From: Treponema sp.
GTDB taxonomy: Bacteria; Spirochaetota; Spirochaetia; Treponematales; Breznakiellaceae
Direction of reading: 5' to 3'
Length of the DNA: 64,000 bases
Assembly (NCBI GenBank): GCA_009786455.1
Contig: WQTD01000011.1
Span: 1,953 to 65,952 of the forward strand
The notes below the pieces were generated by a model, which was given only the letters and a program-made list of their open reading frames with translations, made no database searches and had not been told where the DNA came from. Of this stretch, positions 1 through 9,981 are shown in pieces. The position numbers were made by a program, and so were the translations under genes. Each line of letters starts with the position of its first letter. The first letter of the stretch is position 1.

Positions 1-929
1 AGTCCTACATCTTCGCTTGCAAGGATTATCATTCGCCTGAAAATAAATTTTGGATCTTCTCCGGCTCTTACCATTTTCGCAAGCCAGTAAAGAGAGGCAT
101 CTGGATCGCTTCCCCTTATACTTTTAATAAAAGCGCTTATGGTGTCAAAATGATAATCGCCATCTCGGTCATATAAAAGAGCGCGGCGTTGAATGCTTTC
201 TTCCGCGGCATCCATAGAAATGCGGATATTTTCACCTAACGACGGAGGCCACGGAGTGACGCTTGTTTCCACGGCAAGCTCCACGGCGTTTAAAAGGCTT
301 CGCGCATCGCCTCCTGCAACTTCCACAAGATGCTCCAAAGCTCCCTTTTCAAATTCAACTTTCCAATTGCCGTACCCGCGCTCTTTGTCGGCAAGAGTAC
401 GCTGCGCCGTTTCCATTAATTCAAGTCCGCCAAGCGGTTTTAACTGAAAAATACGGCTGCGGCTTACAAGGGCGCGGTTTACTTCAAAAAATGGATTTTC
501 CGTTGTCGCTCCTACAAGGATGACTGTTCCGTTTTCAACCCAGGGAAGAAGAGCGTCCTGCTGCGCCTTGTTCCAGCGGTGAACTTCGTCTACAAAGAGG
601 ATTGTTCTCTGGCTGTAAAGGCGTGATCTTTCATCTGCGCGATCAATTACTTCGCGGATATCCTTAACACCGGAAAGAACGGCGTTGAGGTTTTCAAATG
701 CGGCTCTTGTAGTATTGGCGATAACAGCGGCAAGGGAAGTTTTGCCTGTTCCCGGCGGACCGTAGAGAATTATTGAGGAAAGCCTGTCAGCCTGAATTGC
801 GCGGCGAAGGAGTCTCCCTTGTCCAACAATGTGATCCTGCCCGATGATATCTTCCAGAGTTTGAGGGCGCATTCTGTCTGCAAGCGGGTTTTTATTATTT
901 TTATCTTTTTCGGAAAATAATTCGTCCAT
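1..929 (-). CDS. rarA: Replication-associated recombination protein A (RarA/MgsA AAA+ ATPase), 3' end outside window
   Basis: Manual translation from ATG at 929: [19 protein letters not shown], Walker A GPPGTGKT, Walker [21 protein letters not shown], and the C-terminal [19 protein letters not shown]...ASEDVG. Frame is open to position 1; absent from the ORF track. Confidence 0.95.
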   Translation of the reverse strand, partial: MDELFSEKDKNNKNPLADRMRPQTLEDIIGQDHIVGQGRLLRRAIQADRLSSIILYGPPGTGKTSLAAVIANTTRAAFENLNAVLSGVKDIREVIDRADERSRLYSQRTILFVDEVHRWNKAQQDALLPWVENGTVILVGATTENPFFEVNRALVSRSRIFQLKPLGGLELMETAQRTLADKERGYGNWKVEFEKGALEHLVEVAGGDARSLLNAVELAVETSVTPWPPSLGENIRISMDAAEESIQRRALLYDRDGDYHFDTISAFIKSIRGSDPDASLYWLAKMVRAGEDPKFIFRRMIILASEDVG

Positions 930-937
930 TAAAGAAA

Positions 938-2209
938 TTACTGTTCGGCGTTCCAGTGCCAGGAGTTTTTGCCATCGCTTCCTTTTCGCTCCCGGTATGA
1001 CCAGATGCCGTTTTTCTGGGTTGATACAAATAATATTTTTTCTCTATCATCGTTTCCATTATACTGGAAAATATGATTTAAAGAAATTTTTCCTACCGAA
1101 GACTTATACTTGCCGTTTTCACCTGAGCTGTTATTGGACGGCATTGAAGAATTGGTATTGTTGCCTGGTTCTCTGAATGCGCTGCCGCTTATTCCATTAC
1201 TGTCAAGTTCCAGTTCCAGATAGCCGTATGTATACCCTGAGCTGGCGGATGTCTTAATTTCATTTTGTCTTCCGGCAAGAAGCAGTTTATTGCCGTTTTT
1301 CTCAAAAATTGCAAGAGCGCCTGTCGCCAGATGATCACCGAAGTTTCTATTTGTATCAGTTTTATTTAAAACATTGTAAAGAACACCTTTATTGCTTATT
1401 GCGACAATTGTATTGTTATTGTCTCCAAGATTTATAATTCCCGCAAAAGGAATATCATTAAAATAAACTTCAGTATTTACGAGCGTTAAATCACTTTTAT
1501 AAATACAACCGGATTCCTCTTTTAAATTTCTGGCGCTAAAATAATATTCCCCGTTACTGTATTCAGCGCCGTTAAGCAGTTTGTCATTAGTATTGATAAG
1601 CCGAATGGGATCCTCTCCGTCCTGACCGGCGGTTAATATATAAAGCGACCCATATTTACCATTAATAGTAACTCCGCTTTCATCAGTATCTGTATCTGTA
1701 TTTCTTACCAGTAATGCTCCCATAAAAAGCTGGTTATTTACATTGTGGATCGAAAGAATTATAAACGGCGTTATTACAGAATTAAAATTTCCTGACTCCG
1801 GACTGGAGGATTTTTTTAAAAAAAGTTCTGAAACTCTTTTTCCGTCTTTTGTTTCCGCTTCCGCTTCGCAAAGCGCGAATAAATAACTGTCTGTTGCGGC
1901 AAGCATGAGGATTCTGATTTTTTTGCCGGATTCTTTAATTTTTACGCCGTCATTCCAATTTCCTTTGTCTGTACGGATAGCGCCGTTATTTTCCCTGAAA
2001 TGACCGCTATATCTGAATAAAGTTTCACCTGAAGCGACGTACATTTGTTCTTTAAAAACAGCAAAATTGGTCGGAGTACCGTTTATCATGGGTTCAAGAA
2101 GTTCTTCCTCAAGAGAAATATTGTAAAAAATGGGGTCGTTGCAGGAAAATAAAATAAATAAAAAAAACAGTAAAAAATTAAAATATAATTTCTTCATAAT
2201 AAATCTCAC
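938..2209 (-). CDS. Hypothetical lipoprotein, beta-rich (start may be 2197)
   Basis: MKKLYF, a hydrophobic stretch, then a spirochete-type lipobox LFSC; abuts the upstream OMP gene. Confidence 0.75.
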   Translation of the reverse strand: MRFIMKKLYFNFLLFFLFILFSCNDPIFYNISLEEELLEPMINGTPTNFAVFKEQMYVASGETLFRYSGHFRENNGAIRTDKGNWNDGVKIKESGKKIRILMLAATDSYLFALCEAEAETKDGKRVSELFLKKSSSPESGNFNSVITPFIILSIHNVNNQLFMGALLVRNTDTDTDESGVTINGKYGSLYILTAGQDGEDPIRLINTNDKLLNGAEYSNGEYYFSARNLKEESGCIYKSDLTLVNTEVYFNDIPFAGIINLGDNNNTIVAISNKGVLYNVLNKTDTNRNFGDHLATGALAIFEKNGNKLLLAGRQNEIKTSASSGYTYGYLELELDSNGISGSAFREPGNNTNSSMPSNNSSGENGKYKSSVGKISLNHIFQYNGNDDREKILFVSTQKNGIWSYRERKGSDGKNSWHWNAEQ

Positions 2210-2809
2210 TTAAAAATGATAACGGGCGGAAATAGTCAAATCCAAAAAATTTCCGTATGCGTTTTTGGTTTTATCCTCAACCCATTGCGGAAACCAATAC
2301 CAGTTTGAATTAATTCCAAATGACCATGTTGTTGTAGCTCTGTAAAAAGCCGACACCCCGCCTTTCAGATACATACCGTAATAACCTTGATCAATAAAGC
2401 GATGCCAAACCATGCCTACGCCGATAGATATCGGGATTTCCATCTTCCATATGTTAAATTGATACCCCCCCCTTATGCCGACCGGAAGCATAAAGAGGGT
2501 ATTGCTTCCAAGAGTTCCTATAAACATCGCGGAAACTTCCGCCCCGGCAAAAATATTGGCATTAAGGTAATAATTATAACAAAGGGATCCAGCTCCTCCC
2601 ACAGGAGGAGTATATTTATTCGGAGCTGTTTCACCGTTAATCTGCATAAACATTGGAAGAATCGTACCAAGTGTAATTATAAATGTCTGATCTCCGATAG
2701 CATATAAATCATCATAATAATCCCATTCATAATCATCATCATCCTGGGCAGCAAGCAGTATGGGGAAACCCATTAGCAGAATAAGCAAGAAAACCCCTGC
2801 TTTATGCAT
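2210..2809 (-). CDS. TP0733-like outer membrane beta-barrel protein
   Basis: Signal peptide, acidic N-terminus, about 8 amphipathic beta strands, C-terminal aromatic signature ISARYHF. Confidence 0.65.
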   Translation of the reverse strand: MHKAGVFLLILLMGFPILLAAQDDDDYEWDYYDDLYAIGDQTFIITLGTILPMFMQINGETAPNKYTPPVGGAGSLCYNYYLNANIFAGAEVSAMFIGTLGSNTLFMLPVGIRGGYQFNIWKMEIPISIGVGMVWHRFIDQGYYGMYLKGGVSAFYRATTTWSFGINSNWYWFPQWVEDKTKNAYGNFLDLTISARYHF

Positions 2810-2923
2810 ATCAACTCCTCAAACATTATTGATAAAAGATACCTTTTTTATATTGAAGATTCAAGAATTGAAATTCTTAAAACTATTTCATGTTAACCAA
2901 AAACAAACTGAGAGCCTGAGTGG

Positions 2924-3733
2924 TTACTGTTCATCCTTTTTCATCTCTAATGCCAGATAGTCCAGAAGGATGGGGTATTTTGACAGTAATTCTCCGTATC
3001 CTTCAAGTTCCATAAGACGAAGCTGGATTTCTATGTGACCTTCCGCTCTTCTCCCGAAAGCGGTTGAGACATATTCCCGCTGTTTGGAAAGAAATTCCTC
3101 GTACAATAACCTGACCTGCCTGTACAAAGTAAAATCCGGAAAAGCCGCTGATGTTACCGTAAATGTAAAATCACGAATCTCCGGGAATCTGTTTTTTATT
3201 TCCTGTTCCATTACCGTATCCTGCGCTCCTGAAAGAATTCTTTCAATGCGTGATGCGTCTGTCTCTGCGGAAGAAAGATTCCGCAGGATGATAATTTTTA
3301 TATTACTCGCTATATCCTGCATATAAGCGTCCAATGATTCCTGATCTGTAAGATTATATTTGGAAACAATGGGAACAAGCATATCGGGAGATATTGAAAA
3401 TGATATTTCCGCGTCCAGTTTCCATGAAAAATCCGACGTTCCCATCCCCGCAAATGATGCGTAACTGTTTCCGGAAGGAAGCGAACTGTTGAATTCTATT
3501 GGGAATTTCATTGTTTCAGGACGGAAAACAGAAATTTGCACATTTGTCGGGATAAGCTTTAACCATAGCCAGCGGAATTCACCTGACCTGACAGGTATGG
3601 GATCTACTCCATGGGTTTTTGAATTAATTATGCCAAATGAACCAGGGGGAACTTTTAACTGAACCCATCCAAAGAAAAAACCCACACCCCCAAGAGCCAG
3701 CAATATAAAAAGGGTAAATAAAAACTTCTTCAT
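2924..3733 (-). CDS. Membrane-anchored hypothetical protein, possibly SPFH/band-7-like
   Basis: N-terminal TM followed by VPPGSFGII...G.FRWLW, which resembles SPFH N-termini; helical C-terminus. Confidence 0.55.
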   Translation of the reverse strand: MKKFLFTLFILLALGGVGFFFGWVQLKVPPGSFGIINSKTHGVDPIPVRSGEFRWLWLKLIPTNVQISVFRPETMKFPIEFNSSLPSGNSYASFAGMGTSDFSWKLDAEISFSISPDMLVPIVSKYNLTDQESLDAYMQDIASNIKIIILRNLSSAETDASRIERILSGAQDTVMEQEIKNRFPEIRDFTFTVTSAAFPDFTLYRQVRLLYEEFLSKQREYVSTAFGRRAEGHIEIQLRLMELEGYGELLSKYPILLDYLALEMKKDEQ

Positions 3734-3788
3734 ACTGTATTATAATATACATATGCCGCGATTTTGACAAGGTTTTGAGGATTGCCCG

Positions 3789-4130
3789 GTGAAACTGCTA
3801 AACAAAATATTCATAAAGACTCAGCAATTTGAATTAACAATACTTTACATCAGCCTTTGCGTCTCATTACTGGCGCTTGTCATTTATCTTTTGGATTTTA
3901 ATTTAAACGACAGGTCATTATTTATTCTTCTTGCGATTATAAGATATTCATCATTCATTTTGTGCATCTGTTCATTTTACAAAATGCTTGTTAACATCTA
4001 TCATATAATCAGGCGTCCTTCATTTTTACGTGTCATGAAAGGCTTGCTTTACGTAGTTTTTATTTTTTATGGGGTTATCGTTATTCTTCTGGAAACAGTC
4101 ATATCAGTAATTGCGGGAGGAAACGCATGA
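3789..4130 (+). CDS. Hypothetical membrane protein (about 3 TM)
   Basis: Hydrophobic segments; ATGA overlap with aroH. Confidence 0.65.
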   Translation: MKLLNKIFIKTQQFELTILYISLCVSLLALVIYLLDFNLNDRSLFILLAIIRYSSFILCICSFYKMLVNIYHIIRRPSFLRVMKGLLYVVFIFYGVIVILLETVISVIAGGNA

Positions 4131-4537
4131 AGAAACTGTATGCACTCAGAGGAGCATCTCAATGCGAGAATACCGTTAAGGATATAACCGATCAAATCGC
4201 TGCTATGTACGATGAGCTTTTAACAGTAAATAAACTGGATGAAACTGAAATAGTTTCAGTGATTTTTTCTGTAACAAGTGAATTAACTGCGGCTAATCCC
4301 TGTACTGCCCTCAGAAAGAGCGGACGGGCAGGAGAACTCTCCCTTTTTTCTGTTCAGGAACCTGAATGCGACGGTTCTGTGGAGAGGATCGTAAGGGTCA
4401 TAGTTCACTGTTATCTTGATGAAAACAGGATGCCCCGCCATGTATACCGCAACGGAGCGGAAGTTTTAAGACCGGACAGAGCAGGCGCAAAAGGTTTATA
4501 TCAAAGAATGGCGCAGCTAAAAAATAATTCACTGTGA
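4127..4537 (+). CDS. aroH: Chorismate mutase, AroH class
   Basis: ALRGA...IVSVIFSVTSELTAANP...RHVYRNGAEVLRPD, typical of AroH. Confidence 0.88.
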   Translation: MKKLYALRGASQCENTVKDITDQIAAMYDELLTVNKLDETEIVSVIFSVTSELTAANPCTALRKSGRAGELSLFSVQEPECDGSVERIVRVIVHCYLDENRMPRHVYRNGAEVLRPDRAGAKGLYQRMAQLKNNSL

Positions 4538-5587
4538 TAATTTTAGATACCTCCAGATTTCTGTAGTTTCCTGACCAAGCCGCCAGAAGCCTATCGCTCT
4601 GATATTCATCGATCTGTACATTTCCATGCGTCTTGAAAGCGAAAATTCATCTTCAAAATAAACTCTGATTGATACGTTTTTATTGTATGTAAACGCCGGA
4701 ATTCCGTTTTCATAACGGACATTCTGAACATTCTCGTCTTTGATAATTCCTGCTATGGTAGAATGTACAAGCGCGCGGGAAGGGCTGTAGTCTCCCCATG
4801 CACGCCCATAAAAAGGCATTCCCATAACAAGTTTTTCAGGTCCTATTACGCGTAACGAGTATTCCGCAACGCGGCGGCACCAGTCAATTGAAGCGACAGA
4901 GCCTGGATCGGAGCCTGACCAGTGTTCGTCGTAAGCCATCACAAGTATTCTGTCTACAACAGGTAAAATTTTTTCATAATCGTAAACATCATCTGCAATT
5001 TTTCTTGTACGGGCGGCGAGAGCGACTGTAAGCATTTTTCCCTGAAGACCTGCCCGCAATTCACGCAGAAATGAGAGATACGCCTCTCCGTCACGAGCGG
5101 GTACATATTCAAAATCTATCTGTAAACCGTCGTAAGGTCTTGTTGCGGCAATCAGATCTTCGATCAGGGCTTTTCGTTCAGGTCTTCCTTCTAGAAGCAC
5201 AAAATGCGTAAGAGAACGGCTGGAGCAGGCGGCAACAAGATGGACGCGTCCCTGAAAATTTATATTCTGCCGCCGCGGAACGTCAATTAATTTTCCGTAC
5301 GCGTCAACTTCCGATCCAAAGTAGCCGACGTCGGTAATTGGAAGTCCCCTTGCAAGAGCGGATTCCCTGCCTGTAACTACATACGCCCAAATCTCCGGAA
5401 ACTGCGTAACAGGCAGGTTTTTCATATCCTGGGAATATGTGATTACCAGTTCCGGATGGCTGTCGTCGCTTTCAGTTTCAGATGACTGCAATGTTGAACC
5501 AGTCAATGAAGGTTTAAAATTTGAACATTGAACAAATGTAAAGAGAACAAAAAAAATCGAATATGTTTTTATTATTTTGTGTTTCAT
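4529..5587 (-). CDS. Glycoside hydrolase family 18 protein, probable lipoprotein
   Basis: DGLQIDFEY catalytic motif, VMAYDEH, GMPFYG, IGFWRLG; signal peptide ending FVQC. Confidence 0.88.
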   Translation of the reverse strand: MKHKIIKTYSIFFVLFTFVQCSNFKPSLTGSTLQSSETESDDSHPELVITYSQDMKNLPVTQFPEIWAYVVTGRESALARGLPITDVGYFGSEVDAYGKLIDVPRRQNINFQGRVHLVAACSSRSLTHFVLLEGRPERKALIEDLIAATRPYDGLQIDFEYVPARDGEAYLSFLRELRAGLQGKMLTVALAARTRKIADDVYDYEKILPVVDRILVMAYDEHWSGSDPGSVASIDWCRRVAEYSLRVIGPEKLVMGMPFYGRAWGDYSPSRALVHSTIAGIIKDENVQNVRYENGIPAFTYNKNVSIRVYFEDEFSLSRRMEMYRSMNIRAIGFWRLGQETTEIWRYLKLSQ

Positions 5588-5608
5588 TAATACATTATCG
5601 AATAAAAA

Positions 5609-6931
5609 TCATAAATACATAAAAAATCTTTTGTTCTCTGCCCATAGACAGAGGGCAGGATTTTGCGCATAGTAGACATTTTCTCCGCCGGAAAGATTAT
5701 TCCAGCCTGAATGAAGGCTGTTTATATCATAATGCCTGTACGCTTCGCCTAAATCTCCCCATTCAAATCCGGCTCTTTCAATTTCTTTTCTGGAAATTTT
5801 TTCACCGGGACAATAACGAATCGTAAAGCGGCCTTCGCTGCTTCCATGAATGAGATGGGCTGCCGCGCATAAATTATCAGCAAGACCGGGATTATTTTTC
5901 ATTAATGATATTATTTCATCCTTGCCGCGGTAGCCGTATTTTCTGATAATTTTATCAATCTTTTTATCTTCTGCGAATTTTTCAAGAGCGGGAGCGAGAA
6001 TAATGAGTTCTCCTCCGTCTGCAATACACATTCTGGTTCTGTAGATCGCTTTATTGCACAGCCATGTTGATTTGTACTCGCTGGAATCAAGATTAACCAG
6101 AACTTTGTCAGCAGGTTCATTTAGCAGTTTAATGTTAATTTTTCCGGCAAGGGAGCAGGCATATTCAAAACATTCCCTTCCAAAACCGGCAAAAAATCCG
6201 CGGACAACCAGGCAGCCTTCCTTATTTGTGTCAGCTACTGTCAGCACCCAAAGTATCTGGGGAAGTTGTGAGCTGAAACGTTTGATTCCTTCATCAAAAA
6301 GAGCGCGGACAGGTGTGTTAATGCGTCCCATGATCTTTTCCATGCCGTAAACGGCGCCTGCGAAATGACTTTTATCAATGGCTTCTTTTCCGCCTGTTCC
6401 TATAAACAAATTTTTTGCGTGATTTGCCATGCCGGCAACTTCATGGGGAACCACCTGCCCGATGGAAATGGCAAGTGAAAAATTTCCGCTTTGCGGATTG
6501 TTTCTTACAAGGATTTTATTAACCTGAACAGGCCAGCTGTAATTGACAGCGCCTTCTGTAATTCTTTCCACTGTATCAGTATTTATCCGTCCAAGTTCGG
6601 TAACGTTCTTCCGCCAATTATGAACAATGAATTTCTCCTTCGGAGTACTGCCGAACATCGCGGTGATTTCCGGACCGCTCATCGGCATATGAGTTCCAAG
6701 AGCGGGAAGGACAGCGCCGAGGCGGTTTGAAATTCTTTTTGACGCGATTTCTGTCAAAAAACCGGCGCGGGAATGAATGCGCGAAGAGTCAGGAGGAATT
6801 ATAATAATATTTCCTGAAATGTTGTTATCAGACAGGGCGTTTGAAAGCGCATGGGAGAATAGTTCTTCAAGTTCATCGTTTCCTATCTCCATGTCAGCGC
6901 CGCCGTATGCGACATAGGTTTTTTCAATCAT
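5609..6931 (-). CDS. LarA-superfamily (lactate racemase domain) 2-hydroxyacid epimerase
   Basis: IIPPDSSR, ALGTH, VPHEVAGMANHAK, KAIYRTR, HLIHGSSEGRF. Confidence 0.8.
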   Translation of the reverse strand: MIEKTYVAYGGADMEIGNDELEELFSHALSNALSDNNISGNIIIIPPDSSRIHSRAGFLTEIASKRISNRLGAVLPALGTHMPMSGPEITAMFGSTPKEKFIVHNWRKNVTELGRINTDTVERITEGAVNYSWPVQVNKILVRNNPQSGNFSLAISIGQVVPHEVAGMANHAKNLFIGTGGKEAIDKSHFAGAVYGMEKIMGRINTPVRALFDEGIKRFSSQLPQILWVLTVADTNKEGCLVVRGFFAGFGRECFEYACSLAGKINIKLLNEPADKVLVNLDSSEYKSTWLCNKAIYRTRMCIADGGELIILAPALEKFAEDKKIDKIIRKYGYRGKDEIISLMKNNPGLADNLCAAAHLIHGSSEGRFTIRYCPGEKISRKEIERAGFEWGDLGEAYRHYDINSLHSGWNNLSGGENVYYAQNPALCLWAENKRFFMYL

Positions 6932-6938
6932 AAAAATG

Positions 6939-7688
6939 CTATTTATTCTTTTCCCTTATAAATCTTTGCATGCAGGGCTTGAAATTTTCAAGAAGAAGAG
7001 AGCGCGAAAAAAAATCTGTTTGCGTCGGGACATCTATGGTTACGTCAAGTTTTTTTTCATCGGCTTTTTCCAGAAATTTTGAAAGCAAAGTCTTGCCAAG
7101 ACCCAAACCCCTGTACTCAGGTTTAACTTCCAGACTACGTACAAATAGAACGCCGTTATCTAAAACAGAGTTAATTTTCCCTGCCGCTTCTCCGTTTGCA
7201 GTCTCCGCTGAAAAACTGAAGCTGTCTTCCTGATGAAAAACAAAATCTTCAAGAACAAGAGATATTATATCTTCAGGTTCGCCGCCGATGGGCTTTAATC
7301 CCCATTCTTCTCGCAGGCAGTTGTGCCAGGAGATAACTTCATCTTTCATTTTTTGTTCTTTAAATCTGAACCATGTTTTTTCAATTTCTGGATACTGTTC
7401 AAGGATATTCTTAAACGCACGGAAAACGCTCTTATTTCCGTTTAAAGCGGTTGTTAATTCCGCACGTACAACTGGATTTTTCAGATTAAAAGTAAATTTT
7501 TCCATCAGACGATAACCGTCATTCGTTGACCATCCGGGCAGGGAAATGAAGCGATCGTCATCGGCAATATCATTGTTAACGGCATTGATTATCTGACATT
7601 CTTCAGTATCAAATAAAAATTCACCGTTTTTATTTTCCATGTAAAAGAGAATCTCATTTGTCAGCGTATTATCAAGTTCAAAGCGCAC
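6939..7688 (-). CDS. UPF0158-like N-terminal domain fused to a GNAT acetyltransferase
   Basis: N-terminal LPGWSTNDGYRLMEKF...FRAFKNIL...W; C-terminal VKPEYRGLGLGKTLL acetyl-CoA motif A. Confidence 0.78.
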   Translation of the reverse strand: MRFELDNTLTNEILFYMENKNGEFLFDTEECQIINAVNNDIADDDRFISLPGWSTNDGYRLMEKFTFNLKNPVVRAELTTALNGNKSVFRAFKNILEQYPEIEKTWFRFKEQKMKDEVISWHNCLREEWGLKPIGGEPEDIISLVLEDFVFHQEDSFSFSAETANGEAAGKINSVLDNGVLFVRSLEVKPEYRGLGLGKTLLSKFLEKADEKKLDVTIDVPTQTDFFSRSLLLENFKPCMQRFIREKNK

Positions 7689-7737
7689 AAACCCATTATA
7701 GATTAAATAATTTTGAAAGTATATAATACTTTTTATT

Positions 7738-9513
7738 ATGGAAGCAATGAAAAGAACGTCTGACTGCGGATCGCTTGGGAAAAAAGACGAGGGCAGGATT
7801 GTAATTTTAAACGGGTGGGTTCACCGAAAGAGAAATCACGGAAAGATTTTTTTTATTAATCTGCGGGATCGGTACGGAATTACACAGGTAACGGTTGATA
7901 CTGAAAAAGAACCGCTTCTGGGAGATATTTGCGGCGAGCTTCGCAATGAATATGTTCTCGCCGCTGAAGGAAAAATAACTCTCCGCCCCGGAGACATGGT
8001 TAATCCCTCCATGGAAACAGGCGAGATAGAACTTACAGCTTCCAAAATAGTAATTTTAAACAAGAGCGAAGTTTTGCCGTTTCAGGTAGAAGAAGAAAGC
8101 AAGGCAAATGAAGAGCTGCGTCTTAAGTACCGTTATCTGGATCTTCGTTCCGCCGCCATGCAAAAGACAATTAAAAGGCGGAGCGAGGTTACATTCGCAG
8201 TGCGCGAATGGATGACGTCTAACGGTTTTTACGAGATAGAAACTCCTACGTTTATAAAGTCAACTCCAGAAGGAGCGCGCGATTATCTTGTGCCTTCAAG
8301 GCTTTACCCCGGAAAATTTTACGCGCTTCCGCAGTCGCCCCAGCTTTACAAACAAATTTTAATGGTCGGCGGTTTTGACAAATATTTTCAGATAGCCCGT
8401 TGTTACCGCGACGAGGATTCAAGGGGCGACAGGCAGCCTGAGTTTACCCAAATCGATATTGAGATGTCCTTTGTTTCAAGGGATGACGTTTTATCCGTGA
8501 CAGAAGGGATGATGTCTCATGTGTTTAAAAAAATCCTGAATATTGAACTTCCCGCCAAATTTAACCGTCTCTCCTGGGAAGAAGCCATGGATAATTACGG
8601 CAGCGATAAACCTGACCTTCGCTTTGGCATGAAACTGCAAAAAATTGAAAATTACATAAACGAAAGTGCATTTCAGGCATTTAAAGACGCTATTGCGCAG
8701 GGCGGAACTGTAAAAGCGCTTGTTGTAGAAGGAAAAGCGGACTATTCGCGCAAACAGATTGAGGAACTTGAGGCGCATGCCAAAATTTACAAAGCCAAAG
8801 GCATGGCATGGATGAAGGTTACCAAAGACGGGATAGAAGGCGGAGCCTCAAAATTCTTTGCAGATAACGCCGGTGAAATTTTAGGCGGTGTTGGCGCAAA
8901 ATCAGGCGATCTTGTTCTCATGATTGCCGATGCAAATAAAAATATTGCAAATACAGCGCTTGGAGCCGTCAGATCAAAACTTGGAAAAGACCTCGGGTTA
9001 TGCGATCCGCGTAAATTCGAATTTGTATGGATAGTTGATTTTCCGATGTTTGAATACAACGAGGAAGAAAAAAGATGGGAAGCGGCTCACCACCTTTTTA
9101 CATGGCCGCAGGAAAAATATCATGATACGATGGAAAGCGATCCAGGCTCAGTTAAAGGAGACCTTTACGACCTTGTGCTTAACGGCTATGAACTGGCATC
9201 AGGTTCCATCCGTATCCACGATCCGCAGATGCAAAAAAGGGTTTTTAAAATCGCCGGGATTGATCCACAGCAGGCTGAAAAAAAATTCGGTTTTCTTACG
9301 GAAGCATTTAAATACGGAGCTCCTCCGCACGGAGGTATCGCTCCGGGGCTTGACCGGCTTGTAATGATTATGGCGGGATTAACTTCACTAAAGGATGTTA
9401 TCGCTTTCCCGAAAAACTCCTTTGCCGTCAGCCCCATGGACGACTGTCCGTCGGAAGTTGATCAAAAACAACTCGACGAATTGGGGATTAAAATATTACC
9501 GAGGTTAAGCTAA
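7738..9513 (+). CDS. aspS: Aspartate-tRNA ligase, probably non-discriminating
   Basis: LRLKYRYLDLR, STPEGARDYLVPSR, YALPQSPQLYKQ, GAPPHGGIAPGLDR. His in RNHG is the ND-type residue. Confidence 0.97.
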   Translation: MEAMKRTSDCGSLGKKDEGRIVILNGWVHRKRNHGKIFFINLRDRYGITQVTVDTEKEPLLGDICGELRNEYVLAAEGKITLRPGDMVNPSMETGEIELTASKIVILNKSEVLPFQVEEESKANEELRLKYRYLDLRSAAMQKTIKRRSEVTFAVREWMTSNGFYEIETPTFIKSTPEGARDYLVPSRLYPGKFYALPQSPQLYKQILMVGGFDKYFQIARCYRDEDSRGDRQPEFTQIDIEMSFVSRDDVLSVTEGMMSHVFKKILNIELPAKFNRLSWEEAMDNYGSDKPDLRFGMKLQKIENYINESAFQAFKDAIAQGGTVKALVVEGKADYSRKQIEELEAHAKIYKAKGMAWMKVTKDGIEGGASKFFADNAGEILGGVGAKSGDLVLMIADANKNIANTALGAVRSKLGKDLGLCDPRKFEFVWIVDFPMFEYNEEEKRWEAAHHLFTWPQEKYHDTMESDPGSVKGDLYDLVLNGYELASGSIRIHDPQMQKRVFKIAGIDPQQAEKKFGFLTEAFKYGAPPHGGIAPGLDRLVMIMAGLTSLKDVIAFPKNSFAVSPMDDCPSEVDQKQLDELGIKILPRLS

Positions 9514-9903
9514 AAAATGATCTTCCAGGAGTTTTTTCTTATCCTCAGGGATAGGCGTTGATTTTTCAATGTTAAAATCATAATGAACAATTACCGCGCT
9601 TCCCTTGACGCAAAGGCGTCCCTGCTGCCAGGCTTCGTGATAAACTGTAAAGGATTTTGTGCCCACCTTTGAAATCCATGTTCTGATTTCAATTTCGTCT
9701 TTTATGTAGAGCTGATCGGTAAAATCATAATCGGTGTGAGCCATAATAAGACAGAAATCTTTTTTATCAATCGACATGTGAGGATCAAAAATTTTTAAAA
9801 TCGGAGTTCTTGCAAGCTCAAACCATGTCGCCGGGACAATATTGTTTATATGCCCAAGAGCGTCAAGATCCCCAAAACGCGCTGTTACTGTAATTTTAAA
9901 CAT
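9505..9903 (-). CDS. Acyl-CoA thioesterase (4HBT/YbgC hotdog fold)
   Basis: RFGDLDALGHINN...WFELAR motif. Confidence 0.9.
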   Translation of the reverse strand: MFKITVTARFGDLDALGHINNIVPATWFELARTPILKIFDPHMSIDKKDFCLIMAHTDYDFTDQLYIKDEIEIRTWISKVGTKSFTVYHEAWQQGRLCVKGSAVIVHYDFNIEKSTPIPEDKKKLLEDHFLA

Positions 9904-9939
9904 AACCCATTATATGAAATTATTCAGTCAAGTTTCAAT

Positions 9940-9978
9940 AGATTTATTCGGCAACTCGGTTAGTTGCCGAATAAAAAT
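9940..9978. repeat. 39-nt palindrome, type A (core TCGGTTA/TAACCGA)
   Basis: Perfect 14-bp inverted repeat TTTATTCGGCAACT-CGGTT-AGTTGCCGAATAAA (9943-9975); 23 nt are identical to 47314-47336 on the reverse strand. Confidence 0.85.
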
Positions 9979-9981
9979 TCA

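Noticed and set aside
5120-5135. Inactive GH18 because DxxDxDxE reads DGLQIDFE
   Set aside because: The catalytic DxE is retained, and substitution at the middle Asp is common in active GH18 subfamilies.
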